Shown here piece by piece: positions 18,518-26,705 of a stretch of DNA of 64,000 bases. A program made the position numbers and the translations under genes. Numbering within the stretch: the first letter of the stretch is position 1; each line of letters begins with the position of its first letter. Origin of the DNA: Acidimicrobiia bacterium (GTDB taxonomy: Bacteria; Actinomycetota; Acidimicrobiia; IMCC26256; JAENVU01); the NCBI GenBank assembly GCA_038252255.1, contig JBBSAM010000003.1, forward strand, positions 58,801 through 122,800, written 5' to 3'. The notes beneath the pieces are model-generated. The model was not told the origin of the DNA and made no database searches. It worked only from the letters and a program-made list of their open reading frames with translations.

Positions 18518-19231
18518 GTGGCGGGCATGCCGCGTCCCGAGGCCGTCCTGCTCGATGCCGGGGGTGTCTTCTTCCTGCCCGAGCACGAGCGGATCATCGG
18601 CGCGTTCGAGCGGGCCGGATTGCCGGCGCCCACCGAGGATCTGGACCTGGCCCACTTCCGCGGTGCGTCGCGGTTCACCACCGATCTCGACGTCGAGGCG
18701 GACTGGGCCGGTTGCTGGGATTCCTACCTGGACTCGTACGTCGAGGCGCTGGACGTCGCGCCGCTCGACCGCAAAGAGATCCACCGCCACCTCGACAGCG
18801 AGTTCGCCGACGCCGGGCTCTGGCTGCGGGTGATCCCGGGGTGTCGTGACGGGATCCGCGCGCTCGCCGGCACCGGGGTGCGACTCGGCGTGATCTCGAA
18901 TGCCGACGGGCTCATCGGCGAGCGTCTCCGCAGCTTCGAGCTCGTACAGGTCGGTCCCGGCATCGGCGTCGAGATCGAGTGCGTGATCGATTCCGGAGCG
19001 GTCGGTGTGATGAAGCCGGACCCGCGCATCTTCGAGATGGCCCTCGACGCGATGGATCTCGCCGCGGACCAGGCGTGGTACGTCGGCGACATGCCCGCGA
19101 TCGACATCGTCGGCGCCCGCCGCGCCGGGATGCATCCCGTGCTCGTCGACCCGTACGACCTGCACCACGAGGCCGACTACGACCGGGTCAGCTCCCTCAC
19201 CGAGCTCGCGTCCCGCATCACCACGGATTAG
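18518..19231 (+). CDS. HAD family hydrolase
   Basis: HAD motifs are present: LLDAGGV, GVISNADG, KPDPRIFE, YVGD. Confidence 0.8.
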   Translation: MAGMPRPEAVLLDAGGVFFLPEHERIIGAFERAGLPAPTEDLDLAHFRGASRFTTDLDVEADWAGCWDSYLDSYVEALDVAPLDRKEIHRHLDSEFADAGLWLRVIPGCRDGIRALAGTGVRLGVISNADGLIGERLRSFELVQVGPGIGVEIECVIDSGAVGVMKPDPRIFEMALDAMDLAADQAWYVGDMPAIDIVGARRAGMHPVLVDPYDLHHEADYDRVSSLTELASRITTD

Positions 19232-19239
19232 GCGCGGGC

Positions 19240-19300
19240 TTACCCGCGGCGGGCCCAGACCGCGTAGAGCGGGTCGCGCTTCCCCGCGCTACTCGATGCT
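19240..19300 (-). pseudogene. Putative orphaned 3' remnant of the disrupted SAM-methyltransferase gene
   Basis: The minus-strand frame ends ...AGKRDPLYAVWARRG-stop. I recall DPLYAVWA as the conserved C-terminus of this methyltransferase family. The position is convergent with, and 8 bp from, the HAD stop. Confidence 0.4.
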
Positions 19301-19386
19301 TGTCCAGCGTCGTGACCTTCGGCCCTGGTGACGCGGAAAGGCTTGGGCGTACGATTTTGTGAGTAGGCGGGGCAAGGGGGGTAGTT

Positions 19387-20049
19387 GTGACCGTACGGAT
19401 CGCAGGGCGACGCTTCATTGTCTCGGTCTCTGCGGGGGTCTTGGTACTCGGAGGGTTGGCTGCTTCGGCGGTTCCTGCGTCCGCGGCAACCAAACCTCCG
19501 CCCTTCGTCGCGACCGGTACTGTCAGCTGCACCTATAAGAACCTCGTGTTCAGGCTCACCCCTGGTCTCACGGACACACCGACAGTGCAGTCCACGACCT
19601 TCAAGGGCCACGCAAGCTGTACCGGTACGACGGGCAACCCCGCGGTGACGCTGCGGTCCGCTACCGTCACCGGCTCGCTTCACAACTCGAGCCCCGTGAC
19701 CTGCAACGACGTTCTCGGAGTGCCAGAGGCGAAGGCGGTCTCAGGTCCGGCGGCGAAACTCGACGCGGGTGCCCTCAGCTCGCAATCGCTGATCGGTGGA
19801 CTCGTGCGATGGAAGGCACGGCAAGCCAAGGTGTTCGACTCGCAAGTTTCCTTCGATGCTTACGCCTTCGTGGGCGGCGTGTACAGCGTGCCCTACCCGG
19901 GGGGTAACGCCGGAGTGCTCAGCGGCTCTTACCACGGCGAGCAGTTCAGCTCGACCGCGACCGGGCTTCGCTACACGGGACGCTGCAATCGGAAGAGCGG
20001 CATCAGATCGATGCACTTCGGGATCGCAGCCTTCAAGATTCAGCCCTGA
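19387..20049 (+). CDS. Secreted Cys-containing protein of unknown function, carried on a lower-GC insert
   Basis: GTG start. The signal peptide ends ASAVPASA-ATKPP. Codon GC3 is visibly lower than in neighbouring genes. I recognise no domain. Confidence 0.6.
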   Translation: MTVRIAGRRFIVSVSAGVLVLGGLAASAVPASAATKPPPFVATGTVSCTYKNLVFRLTPGLTDTPTVQSTTFKGHASCTGTTGNPAVTLRSATVTGSLHNSSPVTCNDVLGVPEAKAVSGPAAKLDAGALSSQSLIGGLVRWKARQAKVFDSQVSFDAYAFVGGVYSVPYPGGNAGVLSGSYHGEQFSSTATGLRYTGRCNRKSGIRSMHFGIAAFKIQP

Positions 20050-20617
20050 GCAACAACGCAGAGCCAGCGGCGTATCCCAATCTGACGCTCTCATTCGAGA
20101 ACGTGCACACGAACCGTCCACCGGGTCGCACGACGCGGGCCAGATTCGCGAACACCTCGACGGGCCGGGTGAGGTAGTCGACCGATACGCAGCACACGGC
20201 GTCGTCGAACGCGCCCGCCGCGAACGGCAGCCGCGGGTCCTCGTTGAGGTCGTGCACGGCAGTTGCTGCGGCCATCGGGTTGGCGGCCAGCTCGGCGGCG
20301 TTCATGCCGAGCACGGTCAGGTGCGGGGGCGGGGACCGGAAGTGCGAGACCCACGAGCCCATGAGGTCGAGCACCGTGCCGTCGATCCGGAGCTCGTCGT
20401 AGAGCTCGCCGACCGCCGCGATCGCCCCGTCATCGATGTGGGTCACGAGCCGCGCGACCGCGTAGAACTGGTCGTCCACCGCGGGGTCGGACCGGTCGAA
20501 GAAGCCGGGCAGGAACGGGGTGGGCTCCACGAGCCCCAGTCTGGCCGGACATGACGAGGCCCCCACCGTGCGGACCTGGGCGGGCACACGCAGGGTGGGG
20601 ACCTCGCCCGTGAACAT
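20033..20617 (-). pseudogene. Class I SAM-dependent methyltransferase, apparently 3'-truncated (family-like sequence ends at ...CTFSN near 20093)
   Basis: FFDRSD...LVTHIDD...VLDLMGSWVSHF...VCCVSVDYLTRPVEVF...RPGGRFVCTFSN is followed by unrelated lower-GC sequence (ESVRLGYAAGSALLLRAES). That tail overlaps the 19387 gene. Confidence 0.6.
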
Positions 20618-20723
20618 ACGACGCCACCGGGCTCTGGACGCGGACCCCGACCGCAGGTGACTCCGGTCACCTCCACCTGACGTGAGGGTGACGGCTGCGC
20701 GCGATCGGCGGCATCATGGCCCG

Positions 20724-21389
20724 ATGGTCGAGCGGGTACGGATCACGGTCGGCTCCGGCCGCGTGAGAGTGATCGGCGAGCCACGTCACGACGTGGCGGT
20801 CGACGGCGCGGAGTCATCGGGCTCCGAGGCGGAGCTGGCCGTGCGCGGCGGCTCCGACGACGTCACCGTGCGCGTGCCCTCGGGAACCGAGGTCATCGTG
20901 GGCAGCGGGTCCGGGGACGTCACGCTCACGGGTCTGCTCGGCGCGGTGAGCGTCACCACGGGCAGTGCCGACGTCGAGGCCGAGGACGTCGGGTCGATCG
21001 ACGCGCGCACGGCCTCCGGAAAGCTGACGGTCGAGGAGAGTCGCGGGTCGGTCCGCTTGCGCACGAAGAGCTCCAGGGTGCGGATCGGGCGGGCCATCGG
21101 GGACGTGCACGTCGCCGCCGTGTCCGGGAAGGTCGACGTCGGCGAGGCACGGGACTCCGTGTCGATCAAGACCGTGAGCGGCAACGTCGACGTCACGGTC
21201 ACCGGATCGGGCGCGATCGGCATCGAGAGCGTCTCGGGCAAGATCAAGATCCACGTCCCCGAGCGCGCGCGCCCCCGCGTGGAGCTGCGCAGCATGAGTG
21301 GGAAGCGCAGGGTCGAGTGTGCGACCGGTGACGATTTCGTGATCTCCGGTCGCTCCATCAGCGGCAACCTCACGGTGACGACCGAGTGA
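20724..21389 (+). CDS. DUF4097-type beta-strand repeat protein (putative adhesin-like fold)
   Basis: SG(D/K)V repeats recur throughout (GSGDVTL, GSADVEA, ASGKLTV, VSGKVDV, VSGNVDV, VSGKIKI, ISGNLTV). An alternative GTG start is at 20682. Confidence 0.75.
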   Translation: MVERVRITVGSGRVRVIGEPRHDVAVDGAESSGSEAELAVRGGSDDVTVRVPSGTEVIVGSGSGDVTLTGLLGAVSVTTGSADVEAEDVGSIDARTASGKLTVEESRGSVRLRTKSSRVRIGRAIGDVHVAAVSGKVDVGEARDSVSIKTVSGNVDVTVTGSGAIGIESVSGKIKIHVPERARPRVELRSMSGKRRVECATGDDFVISGRSISGNLTVTTE

Positions 21390-21940
21390 ACGCTCCGGCG
21401 CAGTCCGAAGGCGCGCTCGCGTTCACAGACCTCGTCGGCTTCACGGAGTTCACCGCGACCCGCGGCGATCAGGAGGCGATCGCGATCCTCGGCGCCCAGG
21501 AGCGGATCGTGGATGGCGCGCTCCCGGCCGGGGCCAGGATCGTGAAGGAGCTCGGCGACGGCCTGCTCCTCTTCCTGCCCGACACCGATTCGGCGATCTC
21601 GGTGTGCCTCGAGATCCTGGCCGGCTTCGACCGGGCCGCCGCCGACGATGAGATGCCCCTGTGGGTCCGGGCCGGCCTGCACTGCGGCCGCGCCGCCCGC
21701 CGCGGCGACGACCTCATCGGTCACGACGTGAACATCGCTGCGCGCATCGTCGACATCGCCGCTCCCGGTGAGCTCCTGTGCTCGGGCGCCATGTTGCACA
21801 AGGGCGCGCCGCACGACGGCTCACTCGAGTTCGTCGAGCTGGGACCGGTCGTGATGAAGGGCATCCCCGAGCCGATCGACCTCTACCGGGTGGAGCGGCT
21901 CGACGTGCCGCGCGGCGATCGGGTCTCGGTCCAGCCGTGA
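21386..21940 (+). CDS. Class III adenylate/guanylate cyclase, catalytic domain only (184 aa)
   Basis: FTDLVGFTEF...KELGDGLLLF...GLHCG...GHDVNIAARI. There are GTGA overlaps with both neighbours. Confidence 0.85.
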   Translation: MNAPAQSEGALAFTDLVGFTEFTATRGDQEAIAILGAQERIVDGALPAGARIVKELGDGLLLFLPDTDSAISVCLEILAGFDRAAADDEMPLWVRAGLHCGRAARRGDDLIGHDVNIAARIVDIAAPGELLCSGAMLHKGAPHDGSLEFVELGPVVMKGIPEPIDLYRVERLDVPRGDRVSVQP

Positions 21941-23223
21941 GCTCCCGCGGCGGAGGGAACGACGCGGCCGGCTACTGGCCCAGCCGCTGGCCCGGCGAAG
22001 ACGGCGGGCCGCGGCGCACCCAGTCTCCGCGCGGCGGATCCGGGCCCGGGCTCCGCCCCGGCGCGCACCTCGACGTCGTCTCGCGCGACGCAGCGGCCGC
22101 GACCATGGTGGTGCTGCGGGACCCGGGCGAGGCGTACCTGCTGCGGCACACCGGTGGCGCGGACGCGATCTCGTGGGTCGAACGGTTCGACCCGGTCTCG
22201 CTCGAGCCGGTCGAGCGGTCGCCGGACCTCGCCGGCGGCCCCACCTGGCCGGGCGGCGTCGCGGTGCACGCGAACGGCTCGCTGCACGTCGCGTTCGGCA
22301 ACCATGTCCACCGGCTCGGACCGGACACCGCGCCCATCGCCGCTCGCCGGCTCCCGCGTGAGCGGCCGTACAACAGCTTCGTCGTGCTGCCGGACGGGCA
22401 TCTTGCGATCAAGGACTTCGGCGGCGCGCTCCCGGGAGGCTCTCCCGCCGCCCCGGAGCCGGCCGAGCTGCTGGTGCTCGAACCCGACGGGCTCGAGATC
22501 GTCGCGCGGCTGGCGCTCCCCGAGCGCTCGATCGCGCGTCTGTCCGCCGCAGGATCGGACATCTACGTCGTCGGCGACGCCAGCCTCTTCCGGGTTCGTT
22601 GGGACGGCGAGCAGCTGACCCTGGACGACGGGTTCCAGCCCCGTTACCGGACCATCGAGGGCCAGACCTACGGCTGGGACACGGTGATCGACGCCGGCTC
22701 GGCCTGGTTCCTCGACAACGGTGAGGGCAGCGAGGGGTACGCCGGGACCTTCCGCGGCGTCGGCATCTCGACCGCGCCGCTCCACCTCGTGCGGGTAGAC
22801 CTCGCCACCGGTGCCGTCGGGCTCACCGAGATCTGCGGGCAGCCGAACGGCATCGTCGCGAACCCGCCATCGGTCGACCCCGAGCGGGGCATCGCGGTCG
22901 GTTACGACAGCGGCAACGGCGTGCTCGCGGCGTTCAGCTTCGACCCTTCGGTGCACGGGCCGCTCGAGCCGCGGTGGACGCGTGAGCAGAACCACGGCTC
23001 CCACATGCTGCGCTTCCCCGACACCGGCGAGCTGGTGACCGCCGACCATGACGCGGCCAACCTGTGCGAGCACGTCGTCGTCCTGGACATCGAGACCGGG
23101 GAGGAGATCGCTCGCGCCGAGACGGGGAGCCCGGTGCAGTCCGTGCTGTTCCCCTGCCCGGGGTTCGACCGGGACTTCTACCTCTGCTCGTTCACCACTC
23201 TCAGCCGGGTCAGCGTGACCTGA
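21937..23223 (+). CDS. Hypothetical protein, beta-propeller-like repeats
   Basis: The GTG start overlaps the cyclase stop. 428 aa with repeated strand-rich blocks. I recognise no named family. Confidence 0.65.
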   Translation: MSSRGGGNDAAGYWPSRWPGEDGGPRRTQSPRGGSGPGLRPGAHLDVVSRDAAAATMVVLRDPGEAYLLRHTGGADAISWVERFDPVSLEPVERSPDLAGGPTWPGGVAVHANGSLHVAFGNHVHRLGPDTAPIAARRLPRERPYNSFVVLPDGHLAIKDFGGALPGGSPAAPEPAELLVLEPDGLEIVARLALPERSIARLSAAGSDIYVVGDASLFRVRWDGEQLTLDDGFQPRYRTIEGQTYGWDTVIDAGSAWFLDNGEGSEGYAGTFRGVGISTAPLHLVRVDLATGAVGLTEICGQPNGIVANPPSVDPERGIAVGYDSGNGVLAAFSFDPSVHGPLEPRWTREQNHGSHMLRFPDTGELVTADHDAANLCEHVVVLDIETGEEIARAETGSPVQSVLFPCPGFDRDFYLCSFTTLSRVSVT

Positions 23224-23834
23224 TCCCGAGGGGGATCCTGAACGGTGCCGCCCTGAACGGTGCCGCCCTCGGCCGCCGGACCAGCAGCGATCCGACCGTT
23301 CGGCCGAGGGAGACCCTGAACGGTGCCGCCCTCGGCCGCCGGACCAGCAGCGATCCGACCGTTCGGCCGAGGGGGATCCTGAACGAGCAGGTGCCGGAAG
23401 CGCGAGACGGTGTGCTCGACGACGCGGTCGTGCGCGAAGCGGATGACCGGGGACCCGACGCGGGCGGCGAGGCGCATCGGCCGTTGCATCATCTCCACGC
23501 TCCAGCTCACCGTGGCCCGGGTGCCGTCCCGTTCCGGATCGAAGCGGATGCCGGCCCGGCCGACGAGGTCACCCGAGACGGCGGCTTCGATCAGGCTGGG
23601 GCGTACGCAGCGCACCAGCGCGATGTGCAGGTGCATCCGGTAGGGCACGGGCGGTGCGACCAGCCCGTGCAGCACGCAGCCGGATTCGAGCGGCGTGCCG
23701 TCCACCCTCAGCTCACGCAACCAGCTCCACCAGGACTCGAACTCCTCGGTCCGGGCGACTGTGGACCAGACGGCGTCCGGCGTCGCGGGCAGGCTGAAGC
23801 GTTCGGCGTACTCGAAGATGGGGGCACGCACCAT
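23178..23834 (-). CDS. SRPBCC (START/polyketide cyclase-like) family protein with a repeat-encoded C-terminal tail
   Basis: GGGAG RBS is present. The protein starts MVRAPIFEYAERFSLPATPDAVW... The last ~70 codons read through the 63-bp array (PRPNGRIAAGPAAEGGTVQG twice). The ORF ends 46 bp inside the convergent gene. Confidence 0.65.
   Translation of the reverse strand: MVRAPIFEYAERFSLPATPDAVWSTVARTEEFESWWSWLRELRVDGTPLESGCVLHGLVAPPVPYRMHLHIALVRCVRPSLIEAAVSGDLVGRAGIRFDPERDGTRATVSWSVEMMQRPMRLAARVGSPVIRFAHDRVVEHTVSRFRHLLVQDPPRPNGRIAAGPAAEGGTVQGLPRPNGRIAAGPAAEGGTVQGGTVQDPPRDQVTLTRLRVVNEQR
23225..23385 (-). repeat. Tandem array (about 2.6 units) of a 63-bp variant of the hairpin repeat family
   Basis: Arms CCCTCGGCCG / CGGCCGAGGG lie at 23266-23275/23301-23310 and at 23329-23338/23364-23373. 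Loops are 25 nt and the flank is GGATCCT/AGACCCT. Confidence 0.9.
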
Positions 23835-23850
23835 GTCGCGGCTCCCAACG

Positions 23851-24060
23851 TCAGGCGAGTCGGATGTCGTCGCTGGTGAACGCGCGCGGCAAGACCGCGC
23901 CGTCGGAGCACCGGCGCACTTCGTAGGCACCGTCGCGCCAGCCACTCACTTGAAAGCCGGGCGACCAGAGATTGAGCGAGTTGCGGACCAGCACGCCGGT
24001 GCCCACGTCCAATTGCGGGCGCGGCCTGGAGATCTCGTTGCGCATGGAGGCGGCTTCCAT
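23851..24060 (-). CDS. Small hypothetical protein (69 aa)
   Basis: GAGGAGGA RBS upstream of the ATG at 24060. No recognisable domain. Confidence 0.4.
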   Translation of the reverse strand: MEAASMRNEISRPRPQLDVGTGVLVRNSLNLWSPGFQVSGWRDGAYEVRRCSDGAVLPRAFTSDDIRLA

Positions 24061-24163
24061 CGGAATCCTCCTCGGGAGTCGGGGTGCTGCCGGGGAAGTG
24101 TCGGCGGGGAAGCGGGTGTTCATTGTCCGCCCTCAGTCAAGGGGGACAAACCTCGCGCCGAAC

Positions 24164-24364
24164 TCAGATCTTCGGCTCGGGCCAGAGCACGGCGTGCTCG
24201 ACCATCACCGAGCACCCGAACCGGTGCTCCGCGATCCGGCGCGCCTCGCCCTCGGCCGCCAGCGCGTTCTCGGCATCGACGAAGACCACCGTCATGCCGT
24301 TGCCCTCGGGCCGGTCCAGGGTCTGGACCGCCACGCCGTAGGTATGCGCGTCCTCGTGCTTCAT
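24164..24364 (-). CDS. Small hypothetical protein (66 aa)
   Basis: CAGGAG RBS upstream of the ATG at 24364. No recognisable domain. Confidence 0.4.
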   Translation of the reverse strand: MKHEDAHTYGVAVQTLDRPEGNGMTVVFVDAENALAAEGEARRIAEHRFGCSVMVEHAVLWPEPKI

Positions 24365-24448
24365 CAACTCCTGACAACGCCAGCCACCTTCCAAGTGTTC
24401 CCATCAGCGCGATGACGCGCGCCATGCTCCGGCTCTAACCTCCCGCTC

Positions 24449-25069
24449 GTGGCGTTCGCAGGGTGGCCGGTCGAGGCGATCGAGTTCTTCGAGGGCTTGA
24501 CCGCCGACAACTCGAAGCCGTACTGGCAGGAGCACAAGGGGGTCTACGAGACGTGCGTGCGCGCGCCGATGGACGCCCTCCTCACCGAGCTCGAGCCGGA
24601 GTTCGGAGCCGGCAAGGTGTTCCGGCCCTACCGGGACGTGCGGTTCAGCGCCGACAAGTCGCCGTACAAGACCGCGATCGCCGCGACGCTCGACAGTGGT
24701 GGGTACCTGCACCTGTCGGCCGAGACCTTCGGGGTCGGTTCGGGGCTCTACCGGCCGGAGCCCGACCAGCTCGACCGGTACCGCCGAGCGGTCAGCGACG
24801 GGCGCAGCGGCGCCGCGCTGGTCAAGATCGTGGCCGCCGCCCGCGCCGCCAAGCTCGAGGTCCACGGCCACGAGGAGCTGAAGACTGCGCCACGCGGGTA
24901 CCCCAAGGAACATCCGCGCATCGACCTGCTGCGCCAGAAGGGCCTGATCGCGTGGCGCGAATGGCCGGTCGGTGCCTGGCTCGACACGTCGGCTCCGAAA
25001 CGCCGCGTGGCCGAGTTCCTGCATGCCTCCGAGCCGCTCAGGGCCTGGCTCGCCAAGCACGTCGGCTGA
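24449..25069 (+). CDS. DUF2461 (TIGR02453) family protein
   Basis: NSKPYWQEHKGVYE...FRPYRDVRFSADKSPYKT...LKTAPRGYPKEHPRIDLLRQKGL. Confidence 0.85.
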   Translation: MAFAGWPVEAIEFFEGLTADNSKPYWQEHKGVYETCVRAPMDALLTELEPEFGAGKVFRPYRDVRFSADKSPYKTAIAATLDSGGYLHLSAETFGVGSGLYRPEPDQLDRYRRAVSDGRSGAALVKIVAAARAAKLEVHGHEELKTAPRGYPKEHPRIDLLRQKGLIAWREWPVGAWLDTSAPKRRVAEFLHASEPLRAWLAKHVG

Positions 25070-25104
25070 TCGACGACCGCTCGACGTGACGGCCGGCGCC
25101 GGAC

Positions 25105-26136
25105 CTAGCGCAGCGGGCCGGGAACCTCTTCGACGCGGCCGTCCGCGTGGCGCGCGAAGCGCCCGCGGTCGCGCGTGTGAACGGGATCGTCGGTCGGCCA
25201 GGGCCACCCACCGAACCCCGTCCGGCGGTAGTCCTCGAACGTCTGCTGGATCTCGCCCTGGGTGTTCATCACGAACGGTCCGTACTGCGCGACCGGCTCG
25301 CCGATCGGCCGGCCCTGCAGCACGAGGAGCTCGACCCCGCGGTCACCGGCCGTGAGCGGCGCGGGGTCGTCGGTACGGACCGCGGCACCGGTGTCGGGCC
25401 CGATCTCGTGCTCCCCCACCCGGAGCCCGGAGCCGTCGTAGACGTAGAGCATCCGCACGGTGTCGGCGCCGCGGGCCGGCGGCAGCGTCCATCGCGCGCC
25501 GGGCTCCATCCGGATCACCCAGATCGCCACGTCCGACTCCGCGCGTGCGGCCCAGGAGTTCGGCGGCGGCGCGGGCGGTTGATGGCCGTCGAGCTCGCCC
25601 GCGATGGCCGTGACCTCCGTGATCCGGCCCTCGTCGTCCTTGTGCTCGACCGTCGGGATGTCGTCGTGCCACAGCATCGTGAAGTACGGGTCCGCCATCT
25701 TGTCGGTGGCGGGCAGGTTCAGCCAGATCTGGAACAGCTCGAGCGGGTTCGGACCCTCCCGGTCCAGGAGGGGGAACATCTCGGCGTGGACGATGCCCTT
25801 TCCCGCGGTGAGCCACTGCACGTCGCCGCGCCCGAACCTCGCGGTCGCGCCGAGAGAGTCGGAGTGGTCGATCTGGCCGCGCCGCACGTAGGTCACCGTC
25901 TCGAACCCTCGGTGCGGGTGGCTCGGGAACCCCGGCACTACCTGGCCGTGGTACATGTTCCAGCCGGCGATCCGGTCGAAGTCCGAGCCGATCTGGCGGC
26001 CGGTCAGGTCCGCCACGGGGCCGAGCTGGTCGTTCCCGGCCGGGTACGCGTCGTCGTGGTGGGCACAGAACAGGAACGGGTCGATCGTCGGCCACTGCGG
26101 GCCCAGGGCCACCGTCTGGAGCACGAAGTCGGTCAT
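25105..26136 (-). CDS. Pirin family protein
   Basis: HPHRGFETVTY and WLTAGKGIVHAEM are present. 343 aa from MTDFVLQ. The upstream in-frame extension is Arg/Pro-rich. Confidence 0.9.
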   Translation of the reverse strand: MTDFVLQTVALGPQWPTIDPFLFCAHHDDAYPAGNDQLGPVADLTGRQIGSDFDRIAGWNMYHGQVVPGFPSHPHRGFETVTYVRRGQIDHSDSLGATARFGRGDVQWLTAGKGIVHAEMFPLLDREGPNPLELFQIWLNLPATDKMADPYFTMLWHDDIPTVEHKDDEGRITEVTAIAGELDGHQPPAPPPNSWAARAESDVAIWVIRMEPGARWTLPPARGADTVRMLYVYDGSGLRVGEHEIGPDTGAAVRTDDPAPLTAGDRGVELLVLQGRPIGEPVAQYGPFVMNTQGEIQQTFEDYRRTGFGGWPWPTDDPVHTRDRGRFARHADGRVEEVPGPLR

Positions 26137-26180
26137 CGCCACCAGGCTAGAAGGCCCGTCAAATCGTCCGCGCGCTCCGC

Positions 26181-26705
26181 TCATGCCGGATCGATCGAGC
26201 TCCCGTCCGGACGCCAGTCGGTGACGGGGTGGATCTCCCACTGCGTGTACTCGTGGAGCGGATCGTTGGCGTGAGTGTCGAAGTACGGCGTTCCGGTCTC
26301 CTGGATGCGGCTGCCGAGCGGCGGCTGCTCGAGACCGCGTGCCTGGTCGCGCGGGATGACCTCGGTGATGAACGCGGGGACGGATCCGTCGGTCACGTCG
26401 ACGTGCCAGTCGCCGTCTTCCTGAGGGGCAACGGCGATGACCGTGAGGTTCCTCACGTGGACCAGGACCCCACCGTGGCCCTCCTTGTCGACCGCACCCC
26501 GGAACCGGCCGGCGATGATCTCCTGGAGGGTGGTCTCGATGGGCTTGTTGCGAGGCAGCGGGGGTTTCCGCGCCAGGCCGGAATCGGTGTCCGGATCGCA
26601 TGACACCACCAGGAGGCAGCACACCACGATCGCCAGCACAGCGTGAAGGAGACCGCGAGTCCGGCTCCGGATCTCCAGGCCCGCCCTAGTGGATGAAGCC
26701 ATCAC
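26181..26705 (-). CDS. Putative lipoprotein, unknown function
   Basis: The signal peptide carries a lipobox (CCLLVVSC-DPD). The start is uncertain. It overlaps the M28 gene's 3' end by 20 bp. Confidence 0.55.
   Translation of the reverse strand: MMASSTRAGLEIRSRTRGLLHAVLAIVVCCLLVVSCDPDTDSGLARKPPLPRNKPIETTLQEIIAGRFRGAVDKEGHGGVLVHVRNLTVIAVAPQEDGDWHVDVTDGSVPAFITEVIPRDQARGLEQPPLGSRIQETGTPYFDTHANDPLHEYTQWEIHPVTDWRPDGSSIDPA

Noticed and set aside
25105-26622. 505-aa version of the pirin ORF
   Set aside because: The first 162 residues are Arg/Pro/Gly-rich and overlap the neighbouring lipoprotein gene region. Pirin homology begins at MTDFVLQ (start 26136).
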